DNA of 64,000 bases from Burkholderiaceae bacterium. GTDB lineage: Bacteria; Pseudomonadota; Gammaproteobacteria; Burkholderiales; Burkholderiaceae_F. A model generated the notes under the pieces. That model was given only the letters and a program-made list of their open reading frames with translations. It had not been told where the DNA came from and did not search any database. Position 1 is the stretch's first letter, and each line of letters opens with the position of its first letter. The translations under genes and the position numbers were made by a program. Where the stretch lies: assembly GCA_035621895.1 (NCBI GenBank), contig DASPWJ010000011.1, forward strand, positions 1,210 through 65,209, written 5' to 3'. This document shows positions 21,440 through 31,508 of this stretch, in pieces.

Positions 21440-21760
21440 ATGACCGAATCGGAATTCTTGGATCGCGCCGAAGCGGCGCTGGCGCAGATTGAATCGTCCA
21501 TCGACGATGCCGCAATCGAGGCCGAATGCAGCCTCAGCGCACTGGTGCTGGCGATCGATTTTGACGATGGCACCCGGATGATCGTCAACGCGCAAACGCC
21601 AATGCGGCAGCTGTGGTTGGCAACGCGCGGCGGCGGCATGCACTTTGGCTTTGACGGCGCCAGCTGGCGCGACCTGCGCAGTGGCGAAGAATTCTTCGAC
21701 GCCCTCTCGCGCGTCGTATCCGAACACCTGGGTCGAAAGCTGCGCCTGCATCCGCGCTAA
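21440..21760 (+). CDS. cyaY: Iron-sulfur cluster assembly protein CyaY (bacterial frataxin)
   Basis: MTESEFLDRAEAALAQIE... with the typical acidic N-terminal helix and the QLWLA motif, 106 aa. Confidence 0.9.
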   Translation: MTESEFLDRAEAALAQIESSIDDAAIEAECSLSALVLAIDFDDGTRMIVNAQTPMRQLWLATRGGGMHFGFDGASWRDLRSGEEFFDALSRVVSEHLGRKLRLHPR

Positions 21761-21773
21761 GGGCTCGCCAGCT

Positions 21774-24161
21774 TCAAAAGACCTGCTCCCCGGTTATGGA
21801 GCCGGGCAAACCCGGCGGTCGGTTTTCATCGGGCGTGCGATCATCCAATCCCAAACTGGCCACACCTTGGCCAGGCTGGAATTCTTCCAAATAAACCTCG
21901 CCATTGAGCTGCACCACGCCGGGGGGAGTTTCGCGCACGACCTGCGGGACCCCCTTCAGAGCGCCGGCCATATAGTCGATCCAGATCGGCAGGGCCAGAC
22001 CACCACCGGTCTCGCGCACGCCCAACTGACGCGGCTGGTCAAAACCGACCCAGCCGACAGCAACGAGGCCGCCGGCATAACCTGCGAACCACGCGTCATG
22101 AGATTCGTTGGTTGTGCCGGTTTTGCCCGCTACGTCGACCCGGTTCAGGCTCGCGGCGCGCGCCGCAGTGCCAGTGCGCGCCACATCTTTGAGCATCGTG
22201 TCCACGATATAGGCCGTGCGCGCATCGAGCACCCTAGGCGCGGAATCGCCTGCGACCTGCGGTTTGGCCTCCATGAGAACCTTGCCATTGGCGTCGACTA
22301 CGCGACTGATTAGGTAGGGATGAATTCCAAAGCCGCCATTGGCAAAGACGGCATAGGCCCCCAGCTCCTGCCAGGGAGTCACCGATCCCGCCCCAAGGGC
22401 CATAGTCAGATACGGCGGGTGCCGTTCAGGATCAAAACCAAAGCGCGCGATGTATTGCCGCGCGTAGGCAGGTCCGATTGCCTGCAGCACGCGGATCGAG
22501 ACCATATTCTTCGATTTTGCTAGCCCCTGGCGCAGCCGCATCGGGCCTTCGAAGCCACCGTCGTAGTTTTTCGGCTCCCACAATTGCCCGCCGGTGAGCT
22601 CCGGAGCAACGCTAATGGGAGCATCGTTGACGAGCGTGCTGGTCATGATTCCTTTTTCCAAAGCAGCGGCATATATGAAGGGCTTGAGGCTTGAACCGGG
22701 CTGCCGCCAGGCCTGCAGCACGTGATCGAACTTGTTCAAGTTGAAATCAAAACCACCCACCAGTGCCCGTACCGCGCCGTCGCGCGCATCGGCCGAGACA
22801 AACGCTGCTTCCACCTGCGGTAGTTGAGCAATGCTCCAGCTGTCCTTGGGGCCCCGTACCAGGCGAATAAGCGAGCCGGGCACAATGCGGTGCGCGGGTG
22901 CGGTCTTGGGGCTAAGCGCGGCGGCCGCAAAGCGCAGAGCCTCACCGTCAATGCGCACCGTGGCACCGCCCGCCATTTGCGCCTTGATGGCGCGTGTGCT
23001 GGCCTCCAGGACGATCGCCGCGGGAAAGCCCGAGACGTCGGGGGCAGCAGCCAGCGCGTCGCTGATTCGCCGTGCGCGCTGCTCAGGTTCGCCACCGATG
23101 TCTACCTGCCGCTCCGGCCCGCGGTACCCGTAGCGCTGGTCATAGTTCAGCACCTGCGCGCGCAGCGCTTCGTAGGCTAGTTGCTGATCGCCGCTCGATA
23201 TTGTCGTGTAGACGTTCAGTCCGCGCGTGTAGGCTTCCTCGTGAAAAATCTCCGCCACCAGCTGACGCGCGAGCTCGGCGACGTACTCGGCGCGCACCCG
23301 CGAATGGGTGATGTTCGCAACCATGGCGCCTTCCGCGCGGGCGTGTACCTCTTCGGCCACCGCGGCGTCGTACTCTTTGCGGCTGATCACATGGATCGCG
23401 AGCATGCGCCCCAGTACGTAGTGCTGACGCGCCCGCGCGCCCTTGGGGTTGGTCAGGGGATTGCCGGTGCTCGGCGCCTTGGGCAATTCGGCGAGCATGG
23501 CGCATTCGCCAAGTGTCAAATCGGAAAGCGATTTACCAAAGTACACCTGCGCCGCCGAGGCAAAGCCGTAGGCCCGCTGACCCAGGTAAATCTGATTGAT
23601 ATAAATCTCCAAGATCCTGTCTTTCGTCATCGACGATTCGATCTTGACGGCCAGGGCAATCTCGTAGACCTTGCGAAGGTAGCTTCGCTCCGAACTGAGA
23701 AAGAAATTGCGCGCCACCTGCATAGTGATGGTGCTTGCGCCCTGCACGCGATGGCCCGACACGAGGTTAACTAGCGTGGCCCGCAAGATTCCCAGTGCGT
23801 CAACGCCACCATGGTGGTAAAAGTTGGTGTCCTCGGCGGCGAGAATTGCCTGCTTTAAGCGCTCGGGCACTTCTGCGATGGTGACCAAGCTGCGCCGCTC
23901 CTCGCCAAATTCGCCCAGCAGCACACCGTCCGCGCTCCACACCCGCAGCGGCACTTTGGGCCGGTAGTCGGTCAGCGTATCAATCGAAGGCAGGTTGTAG
24001 TAAGCGATGGAAAAAACGAACGTTGCCAAAAGCAGCACACTAGCCAGCGCGGCGCCTACGAGGATGGTCGCAAAACCCAGGACGCGCGCGGTCCGTGTGC
24101 GCGCCTGCTCGAGCAGCCATTGGCGCACTTGGACCAGAACATTTGTTGCGGCGGACGGCAA
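21774..24161 (-). CDS. mrcA: Penicillin-binding protein 1A (bifunctional transglycosylase/transpeptidase)
   Basis: GT51 motif EDTNFYHHGGVD; transpeptidase motifs SSLKP (SxxK) and KTGTT; N-terminal TM anchor. Confidence 0.93.
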   Translation of the reverse strand: MPSAATNVLVQVRQWLLEQARTRTARVLGFATILVGAALASVLLLATFVFSIAYYNLPSIDTLTDYRPKVPLRVWSADGVLLGEFGEERRSLVTIAEVPERLKQAILAAEDTNFYHHGGVDALGILRATLVNLVSGHRVQGASTITMQVARNFFLSSERSYLRKVYEIALAVKIESSMTKDRILEIYINQIYLGQRAYGFASAAQVYFGKSLSDLTLGECAMLAELPKAPSTGNPLTNPKGARARQHYVLGRMLAIHVISRKEYDAAVAEEVHARAEGAMVANITHSRVRAEYVAELARQLVAEIFHEEAYTRGLNVYTTISSGDQQLAYEALRAQVLNYDQRYGYRGPERQVDIGGEPEQRARRISDALAAAPDVSGFPAAIVLEASTRAIKAQMAGGATVRIDGEALRFAAAALSPKTAPAHRIVPGSLIRLVRGPKDSWSIAQLPQVEAAFVSADARDGAVRALVGGFDFNLNKFDHVLQAWRQPGSSLKPFIYAAALEKGIMTSTLVNDAPISVAPELTGGQLWEPKNYDGGFEGPMRLRQGLAKSKNMVSIRVLQAIGPAYARQYIARFGFDPERHPPYLTMALGAGSVTPWQELGAYAVFANGGFGIHPYLISRVVDANGKVLMEAKPQVAGDSAPRVLDARTAYIVDTMLKDVARTGTAARAASLNRVDVAGKTGTTNESHDAWFAGYAGGLVAVGWVGFDQPRQLGVRETGGGLALPIWIDYMAGALKGVPQVVRETPPGVVQLNGEVYLEEFQPGQGVASLGLDDRTPDENRPPGLPGSITGEQVF

Positions 24162-24546
24162 TGAGCCCTCGGGGTTACGAAATTGCAGGACGGCCGCGGA
24201 TTATAGGCAGGGGCGCGCGGGCAGCCGGCGCCGCTAACCGGCTACGTGCCCATGGGGGCGGTCACGGCAATACGGTGCGCGCCGCCATAGACAATTCGCA
24301 ATACCGGAAAACTGCCACTGCTCGACCGTTCAATGGACTTGGCTCGATTGGTTGCTCTTGCTAGCATCGCCGGCAGCGTCGGGTGGTCTGTCGGTAAATT
24401 CCGGCAACGTAAGGGAAATAGCCGATTGCCGAGCCGTTCTGAGTCGGACAAGGGACGGTTTTTCGGGCTTGCAGGGTGCGAAATGCTGCCCGAACGGCCT
24501 AACCCATGTATCGTCCGGAATTGCCAGTTTTCCAAGGAGTGGCGGT

Positions 24547-25626
24547 TTGGCCTTCGAGTTGCCGTTTTTTTCGTCCAAGACACTGCCGCTACTGGGTTTG
24601 GACATCGGCTCGTCAAGCGTAAAACTGGTCGAACTGACCGACGCCGGGTCCGGTGTGGTGCGGCTGGAGCGTTACGCCATTGAGCCGATCCCGCGCGGGG
24701 CCGTAGTCGATGGCAACATCGACAAAATCGACGTTGTTGCTGATGCCGTCAAGCGGGTTTGGCGGCGCGCCGGTTCGCGCGTGAAAAACGTCGCCATGGC
24801 GCTGCCGGCCTCGGCCGTCATCACCAAGCGCATTGCCTTGCCGGGCAACTTGCGCGAGGAAGAGATGGAGATGCAAGTCGAGAGCGAGGCCAACCAGTAC
24901 ATTCCATTTGCGCTCGACGAAGTGAGCCTGGACTTTCAGGTACTCGGTCCGATTCCCAACTCGCCTGAAGATGTCGAGGTGCTCATTGCAGCCTCGCGCA
25001 AGGAAAAGGTCGAGGACCGCATGGCGGTGGCGCAGGCCGCGGGGCTCACGGCGGTTGTCATCGACGTGGAATCCTTTGCGGCGCGTGCGGCCCTGGCGCG
25101 CCTGGTGGAACAATTACCTAATCGTGGTGAGGGTTTGGTTATTGCTGTCTTTTATATCGGCGCCAATACCACCAGCGTTACGGTGCTGCTTGACGGAGAG
25201 GCGATCTACGAGCGCGAACAGCCCTTTGGAGGCCAACAGCTCACCGCCGACATTGCACGCGCGTACGGCATTTCGCCAGAGGAAGCCGAGCACAAAAAGC
25301 GCAGTGGCGATCTGCCCGCCAACTACGAGGCCGACGTGCTCAAGCCGTTCATCGACGCGACCGCGACCGAAATCACGCGCGCGTTGCAGTTTTTCTTTAC
25401 CTCGACTCCGTACACGCGAGTGGATCAAATCATGCTGGCCGGTGGCTCGTCCGTGCTCACGGGACTACCGGAGGCGCTCATGGATCGGGCGCAAGTTCCC
25501 ACTTCGGTGATCTCCCCATTCAAGGGCATGGAGTTGGCATCGAATCTGCGCGAGCGTCAGCTGCGACTGGATGCCCCCGCGCTGCTGACACCGTGCGGCT
25601 TGGCAATGCGGAGATTTGACAAATGA
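24547..25626 (+). CDS. pilM: Type IV pilus assembly ATPase-like protein PilM
   Basis: LPLLGLDIGSSSVKLVEL actin-like fold. Proposed TTG start at 24547, 8 nt after AAGGAG, giving 359 aa; the track start at 24352 adds 65 non-homologous residues. Confidence 0.88.
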   Translation: MAFELPFFSSKTLPLLGLDIGSSSVKLVELTDAGSGVVRLERYAIEPIPRGAVVDGNIDKIDVVADAVKRVWRRAGSRVKNVAMALPASAVITKRIALPGNLREEEMEMQVESEANQYIPFALDEVSLDFQVLGPIPNSPEDVEVLIAASRKEKVEDRMAVAQAAGLTAVVIDVESFAARAALARLVEQLPNRGEGLVIAVFYIGANTTSVTVLLDGEAIYEREQPFGGQQLTADIARAYGISPEEAEHKKRSGDLPANYEADVLKPFIDATATEITRALQFFFTSTPYTRVDQIMLAGGSSVLTGLPEALMDRAQVPTSVISPFKGMELASNLRERQLRLDAPALLTPCGLAMRRFDK

Positions 25627-26249
25627 CCATCCGGATCAACCTTCTGCCGCACCGGGAGGCCCGGCGTCGGCGTCAGAAGAACGCGTTTTATTTTCTAACC
25701 GGTCTGAGCGTGGTTGCGGGTGCGGCGCTGGTACTACTCGTGTGGTCGGTGCTCGAGGGGTACCTTGGCAATCAAAAGGATCGTAACCAGCTGATCTCGC
25801 GCGAGAACGAAAAGCTTGATATCCAGATCAAGGAGATTGCCTCCTTGCGCCAGGAAATCGAGGCGCTGCGCTCGCGGCAAAAGGCCGTGGAGAATTTGCA
25901 GTCCGATCGCAATCAGCCGGTCTATTTGCTCGATGAGCTGACGCGCCAGACGCCCGAAGGCATTTACCTAAAATCCGTCAAGCAAGACGACCGCAAAGTC
26001 AGCGTGGTCGGTTGGGCCGCGTCCAACGAGCGCGTCTCGGAGTTTTTGCGCAACTTGCAAAATAACGGTCGGTACGTGGAGCGGCCGGAACTTGTCGAAA
26101 TCAAACTCGCCGCCAAAGAGCCGCAGAGCATTCAACGGCGTCTTTTTGAGTTTTCGCTGAATTTCTCCATGAAGCAAAATCCCGAACGCCAGGCGGCGGC
26201 GAAGGCCGGCAACGCGCCTGGCGTCAATCCGGGAGTCAAGAAGACCTGA
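25623..26249 (+). CDS. pilN: Type IV pilus assembly protein PilN
   Basis: MTIRINLLPHRE N-terminus, a single TM segment and a coiled coil. ATGA overlap with pilM. Confidence 0.9.
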   Translation: MTIRINLLPHREARRRRQKNAFYFLTGLSVVAGAALVLLVWSVLEGYLGNQKDRNQLISRENEKLDIQIKEIASLRQEIEALRSRQKAVENLQSDRNQPVYLLDELTRQTPEGIYLKSVKQDDRKVSVVGWAASNERVSEFLRNLQNNGRYVERPELVEIKLAAKEPQSIQRRLFEFSLNFSMKQNPERQAAAKAGNAPGVNPGVKKT

Positions 26250-26285
26250 CGGAAGACGAAGAACCGAGGGTTAGCTCAAGCAACC

Positions 26286-26930
26286 ATGGCGAACATTAAC
26301 GACATCACGGCGAAATTCCGGGGTCTGACGCTGGAAAACGTGGGCAGCTGGCCGATGCTGCCGCGCATGACCCTATGGGGCGCGGTAGTTGTGGTCTGCG
26401 CCGCTCTTGGCTATTTCGCCGTCTGGCGCGGCCAGATGGAAGAGCTTGACGACTTGCGCCAGCAGGAAGTCAAGCTCAAAGAGCAGTACCGCGTGAAATT
26501 GCAGCAGTCCATCAACTTGGACGAGTTGCGGCGGCAAAAAGAGCAAGTGAACCAGTACGTGATCACCCTGGAGAAGCAGCTGCCAAGCAAGGCCGAAATG
26601 GACGCGCTGCTCTCGGATATCAACCAAGCGGGAATTGGGCGCGGTTTGCAGTTCGAATTGTTCCGGCCCGGGCAGGTCAACTTACGCGAGTACTACGCGG
26701 AGCTGCCGATCAGCGTCAAGGTTTCGGGGCGCTATCACGATCTGGGTGCTTTTGCCAGCGATATCGCCAATTTGCCGCGCATCGTCACCCTAAACAATCT
26801 GAATATCCAGACGACAAAGGATCTGACCTTGACGCTGGACGCGACTGCGAAAACGTACCGCTACTTTGATGAAGACGAGATCGCCGCGCAACGCCGGGCG
26901 CGCGAGGCCTCGAAGGCAGGCAAAAAATGA
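26286..26930 (+). CDS. pilO: Type IV pilus assembly protein PilO
   Basis: Single TM segment plus coiled coil and a PilO-like C-terminal domain, in conserved order. Confidence 0.88.
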   Translation: MANINDITAKFRGLTLENVGSWPMLPRMTLWGAVVVVCAALGYFAVWRGQMEELDDLRQQEVKLKEQYRVKLQQSINLDELRRQKEQVNQYVITLEKQLPSKAEMDALLSDINQAGIGRGLQFELFRPGQVNLREYYAELPISVKVSGRYHDLGAFASDIANLPRIVTLNNLNIQTTKDLTLTLDATAKTYRYFDEDEIAAQRRAREASKAGKK

Positions 26931-27559
26931 CGGCGTGTTGCGATAGTGCGGTGAATCGGGTGTTGCAAAGGAGGGCTGTTGTGCCAAATAGCGCCCGGCG
27001 GTTGCTCGCTGGCGCGTGCGCCTTGGCAATCACCAGCCTGCTTGGGGCGTGCGGCCTCTCGGACGAGGGGGAAATCCAACAGTGGATGACCGAACAGCGG
27101 CAAGCGATGAGACCCACCGCGCACAAGGTTGAAGAGCCCAAGGAGTTCGCACCGTACGTGTACGAAGCGCACGGGCAACCCGATCCCTTCGACCCGCAAA
27201 AAATTCTGATGGTCGTTGCGCGCCAGCGTGAAGAGCGCGGCAGCGCAAGCGCCATTAAGCCCGATCTGGAGCGCCGGCGGGAAGTGCTCGAAGGATTCCC
27301 CTTGGATCAAATCCGCATGGTTGGAATGATGCGCAAAGGCGGCACCAACGTCGCCCTGCTGGAGACCAATGGCACAACCCATCTGGTGCGCGTGGGCAAC
27401 TACGCGGGGCAAAACTTTGGCCTAGTGACGCGCATTTCAGAGACCGAGGTCGTACTCAAGGAAATCTACCAAGACGCCGCCGGCGAATGGGTCGAACGAC
27501 CCCAGAAACTCGAGTTGCAAGAGAGCCAGGCCGGCTCAGGCTCAGGGAGCAAGCGATGA
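26927..27559 (+). CDS. pilP: Type IV pilus assembly lipoprotein PilP
   Basis: Lipobox LLGAC. Overlap coupling with pilO (ATGA) and pilQ (ATGA). The exact start is uncertain. Confidence 0.82.
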   Translation: MTACCDSAVNRVLQRRAVVPNSARRLLAGACALAITSLLGACGLSDEGEIQQWMTEQRQAMRPTAHKVEEPKEFAPYVYEAHGQPDPFDPQKILMVVARQREERGSASAIKPDLERRREVLEGFPLDQIRMVGMMRKGGTNVALLETNGTTHLVRVGNYAGQNFGLVTRISETEVVLKEIYQDAAGEWVERPQKLELQESQAGSGSGSKR

Positions 27560-29772
27560 TTTTTTCCGAGAAGCGTTCGATTCGCGCAGCGCTGTATGCC
27601 GGTGCCGCCGCCTTGGTGTTGACGGGTGCCACGCTTGCGCAAGACGCCCCCGAAGTCGCCGCCAGCAACAGCATCGAACGCATCGACGCCACGCAAACGG
27701 GCGCAGGGGTGTTTTTGACGATCGAACTCAAGGGCGCGGTTGCCACTGTGCCCAACAGCTTCTCGGTCACCAATCCTGCGCGGGTCGCCCTGGACCTGCC
27801 CGGCACTATCAATAACCTTGGACGCAGCGCGATCGAGATCAACCAAGGTGACCTGCGTTCGGTCAACGTGGTTCAAGCGCAGGGCCGCGCACGCGTCGTG
27901 CTGAACTTGCGCCGCCCGTTGACCTACACGGTGAGCCTCAAAGGAAATTCGGTGCAGGTCGCGCTGGGTATAAACCCTGAAACAGCGCCGACCTTCCCTG
28001 CCAAACCCGCCCCCGCGACCGCAGCCGCGACCCCGGCAGCGCCCGCGCCCGCACCGGCGGCCGGGGTTGCCGTTGCGCCAGCAGTCGCGGCAGCACAAAC
28101 GCCGGAACCGCGAGCGATCCGCACGCTGGACTTTCGCCGTGGTGCCGAAGGTGAGGGACGGGTCGTAATCGATCTGAGTGATCCGAACACGAGTGTGGAT
28201 GTGCATCAGCAAGGACAGACGGTGGTGGTCGATTTTGCCGGGACGTTCCTGCCAGAATCATTGCGCAAGCATCTGGACGTGACGGACTTCGGAACGCCGG
28301 TTGCGCAAATCACCGGTAGCCAGATCGGGCCCAACGCCCACTTGGTCATCGAGCCGCGCGGCCAGTGGGAGCAAAACGCTTATCAGAGCGACAACCGGTT
28401 CGTGGTTGAAGTCAAACCGGTCAAGGAAGATCCGACGCGACTTTTCCAGGGGACCCGCAAGGGCTACCAGGGTGAACGCCTGTCGCTGAACTTCCAAAAC
28501 GTCGACGTGCGCTCCCTGCTCCAAGTCATTGCGGACTTTACGAATCTGAACATCATCACGAGCGATTCGGTGCAGGGTTCGATCACCCTGCGCTTGAAGG
28601 ACGTTCCGTGGGATCAGGCGCTGGACATCATCTTGCAAAGCAAGGGGCTGGACATGCGCAAAAACGGCAACGTCATCTTGGTTGCCCCGCGCGACGAGTT
28701 GGCCACCAAGGAAAAGCTTGAGTTGGAGGCGCGCAGCCAGATCGCCGAACTCGAGCCCCTGCACACCGAAAACTTCGTCGTCAACTACCAAAAGGCTGAC
28801 GACGTGAAGAAATTGCTCACCGGAGATCCCAAGCAGACTCTGCTGACCAAGCGAGGTAGCGTCGTGGTCGATGTGCGCACGAATCAGCTCTTCATCCATG
28901 AGACGGCGCCGCGCCTTGAGGAAATCCGCCGTCTGATCGCCCGCATCGACATACCCGTGCCGCAGGTGATGATTGAAGCGCGCATCGTCGAGGCCCAAGA
29001 CTCTTTTAGTTCGGACATCGGCTCGCGTCTGGGTGCGGTGCACGCCAGCTCGCATTCCTGGCTCAACGGCGGGGCCGGCTCCACCTACGGCACCGGTGCC
29101 AGCGCCAGTTCGGGCACGAATACCACGAGCATAAATGGCGTGACCATCACGAATCCGAACTTCGTGAACCTGCCCGCGGGGGCGCTCAACGGTTACAACC
29201 CGGGAACGGTTGGCCTTACGCTGTTTAACAGTGCGGTGACCAACTTGCTGAACCTAGAGATCACGGCCCTTGAGCTCGATGGGCGCGGCAAGGTGATCTC
29301 CAGTCCGCGGGTGGTTACCGCCGACAAGGTCAAGGCCCACATCGAACAGGGCACGGAGATCCCCTACCAGAGTGTATCGGCGGGCGGCGGTATCGGTCAG
29401 GTGCAGTTTCGCAAGGCGGTGCTGGCGCTGGATGTGACGCCGCAGATCACGCCGGAGGGCGCGATCTTCCTGGATGTGAAAGTCAACAAGGACACGCCAA
29501 GCGCCACGGTCAGCGGCAGCGGCGGCATCGCCATTGACACCAAGAATGTGGCAACGCAGGTTCTGGTGGAAAACGGCGGCACGGTTGTGCTCGGCGGCAT
29601 CTATCAGCAAACCGTGCAGGTAACGACCACACGAATTCCGGTATTGGGCGAAATCCCCTTCCTTGGGGCCTTGTTCCGCGATGTGGCCAAAACGAATAAC
29701 AAAACGGAATTGCTGATCTTCATCACGCCGCGGATCCTCTCCGAGCGCGTGGTCAACCAGGCCGCGCAGTAG
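27556..29772 (+). CDS. pilQ: Type IV pilus secretin PilQ
   Basis: Signal peptide; AMIN-like N-terminal region with an Ala/Pro linker (about 27975-28110); secretin C-domain (VLGGIYQ..., IPVLGEIPFLGALFR). Start moved from 27487 to 27556. Confidence 0.93.
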   Translation: MIFSEKRSIRAALYAGAAALVLTGATLAQDAPEVAASNSIERIDATQTGAGVFLTIELKGAVATVPNSFSVTNPARVALDLPGTINNLGRSAIEINQGDLRSVNVVQAQGRARVVLNLRRPLTYTVSLKGNSVQVALGINPETAPTFPAKPAPATAAATPAAPAPAPAAGVAVAPAVAAAQTPEPRAIRTLDFRRGAEGEGRVVIDLSDPNTSVDVHQQGQTVVVDFAGTFLPESLRKHLDVTDFGTPVAQITGSQIGPNAHLVIEPRGQWEQNAYQSDNRFVVEVKPVKEDPTRLFQGTRKGYQGERLSLNFQNVDVRSLLQVIADFTNLNIITSDSVQGSITLRLKDVPWDQALDIILQSKGLDMRKNGNVILVAPRDELATKEKLELEARSQIAELEPLHTENFVVNYQKADDVKKLLTGDPKQTLLTKRGSVVVDVRTNQLFIHETAPRLEEIRRLIARIDIPVPQVMIEARIVEAQDSFSSDIGSRLGAVHASSHSWLNGGAGSTYGTGASASSGTNTTSINGVTITNPNFVNLPAGALNGYNPGTVGLTLFNSAVTNLLNLEITALELDGRGKVISSPRVVTADKVKAHIEQGTEIPYQSVSAGGGIGQVQFRKAVLALDVTPQITPEGAIFLDVKVNKDTPSATVSGSGGIAIDTKNVATQVLVENGGTVVLGGIYQQTVQVTTTRIPVLGEIPFLGALFRDVAKTNNKTELLIFITPRILSERVVNQAAQ

Positions 29773-29789
29773 TTTTACGCGGCAGCCCG

Positions 29790-30419
29790 ATGCCGGGCGG
29801 CGGGGACCTTCCGGCTGCGCAGGCCGCGCAGCCGGCCGCTCGCGGGCGCACGCCCATTTTTCTTATCGGCATGATGGGTGCGGGCAAGACCACCGTCGGG
29901 CGTTTGCTTGCACAGGCACTGCAGTACACATTCATCGATTGCGACGCGGAACTTGAGCGGCGCGCGGGCGTGCGCATTGCAACCATGTTCGAGCTTGAGG
30001 GGGAAGCGGCTTTTCGGGAGCGTGAGGCGATGCTGCTCGAGGAGCTGACCGCCCGCACCGATACCGTCTTGGCGACCGGTGGCGGGGTCGTGCTGCGCCC
30101 CGACAATCGCGCTCGTTTACGCAACCGCGGCTTGGTGATCTTTCTTGATGCCTCGGTTGCCGAGATTGCGCGGCGCACGCAGCACGACGTTGGCCGCCCG
30201 CTGCTGCAGGTGGCCGACCGGCAGGCGCGCATCGAGGCATTGCTTCAGGAGCGCGGTCCGCTGTATCGGGCCACGGCGCATCTGCGCTTTCGCTCACCTG
30301 CGCGCAACCCGCGCCGCTTAGCGGCAACGATCTTGGCCCATGCAGCACTTGCAGCGTTGCTACCGAACGCGGCGCGGGCACCCGAAAGTCAAACGCCAGC
30401 TGACGGGCCGGACACGTAA
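29790..30419 (+). CDS. aroK: Shikimate kinase
   Basis: P-loop GMMGAGKTTVGR in the conserved pilQ-aroK-aroB order. Extra N- and C-terminal residues make the start uncertain. Confidence 0.88.
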   Translation: MPGGGDLPAAQAAQPAARGRTPIFLIGMMGAGKTTVGRLLAQALQYTFIDCDAELERRAGVRIATMFELEGEAAFREREAMLLEELTARTDTVLATGGGVVLRPDNRARLRNRGLVIFLDASVAEIARRTQHDVGRPLLQVADRQARIEALLQERGPLYRATAHLRFRSPARNPRRLAATILAHAALAALLPNAARAPESQTPADGPDT

Positions 30420-30428
30420 AATGGTCCC

Positions 30429-31508
30429 ATGCGCCAAATCACCGTCAATCTTGCGGGACGCTCTTACGACATCCTGATTGGCCCGGGAATGATCGCGCGA
30501 CTGGGCGAGTGCCTGGCGCCGCTTCACCCGACGTCGATCCACGTCGTGTGTACCGAGGTCGTCGCCCCCTTGTACGCGTCGGCCGTGCTTGCATCGTCTA
30601 ATGCCGTGGCGCCAACGCAGCTGTGCACGATCGCCGACGGCGAAAGCGTCAAGAACCTTTCGACCGTATCGACCATCCTCGATGCCTTGGTGGGCGGGCG
30701 CGCCGACCGCCGCAGCGTAATCATCGCGCTCGGTGGCGGAGTTGTTGGCGACATTGCCGGTTTTGCCGCTTCGATCTACATGCGCGGCATCCGTTTTGTC
30801 CAGGTGCCGACGACGCTACTGGCGCAGGTGGACTCCTCGGTTGGCGGCAAGACGGGCGTGAATCACCCAAGCGGAAAAAATCTGATCGGCTCCTTTCACC
30901 AGCCCAGCATCGTCGTCACGGACACCGCGACGCTAAAGACCTTGCCGGCGCGCGAAGTGCGCGCAGGTCTGGCGGAAATACTCAAGCATGGGCTGTTGGC
31001 CGATCGGCAGTATTTTGAGCGCACGGTCGAGGCGTTGCCTCGGTTGCTTGCGCTCGATGCCGATGCGCTGGAGGAGGCAATTGCTGTTTCCTGCGCGATC
31101 AAGGCCGCCGTTGTGGGGCGCGATGAGCGAGAAAATGGCGAGCGCGCCCTACTGAACCTGGGACACACGTTTGGCCACGCAATCGAAGCGCTGACCGGCT
31201 ATACGCAATGGCTACACGGCGAAGCCGTGGCCTGTGGACTGTGCCTTGCGGCGGATTTGTCCGCGCGTTTGGGCATGATCGGCGCGGATGCGCTGGAAGC
31301 GGTCCGCGGCGCAGTGGCACGCGCTGGGCTGCCAACGCGTATACCGGGCATCTCACGCGCTGCCGCCTTTGCCACGATGCGTGCCGACAAGAAGGCTCTT
31401 GCCGGGCGAATCGATTTTGTGTTGCTCGAGCGAATCGGACAGGCGGTTCGCCGGCAGGTCGATGACGCTGCGGTAGAGGCAACGCTGATCGACGGAGGAT
31501 TCGTTTGA
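30429..31508 (+). CDS. aroB: 3-dehydroquinate synthase
   Basis: [16 protein letters not shown]-binding motif and HGEAVA metal site, 359 aa. Confidence 0.94.
   Translation: MRQITVNLAGRSYDILIGPGMIARLGECLAPLHPTSIHVVCTEVVAPLYASAVLASSNAVAPTQLCTIADGESVKNLSTVSTILDALVGGRADRRSVIIALGGGVVGDIAGFAASIYMRGIRFVQVPTTLLAQVDSSVGGKTGVNHPSGKNLIGSFHQPSIVVTDTATLKTLPAREVRAGLAEILKHGLLADRQYFERTVEALPRLLALDADALEEAIAVSCAIKAAVVGRDERENGERALLNLGHTFGHAIEALTGYTQWLHGEAVACGLCLAADLSARLGMIGADALEAVRGAVARAGLPTRIPGISRAAAFATMRADKKALAGRIDFVLLERIGQAVRRQVDDAAVEATLIDGGFV

Noticed and set aside
24352-24546. 65-aa upstream extension of pilM
   Set aside because: PilM family N-termini begin a few residues before LLGLDIG. An AAGGAG-spaced TTG at 24547 fits, and the extension has no PilM-like sequence.
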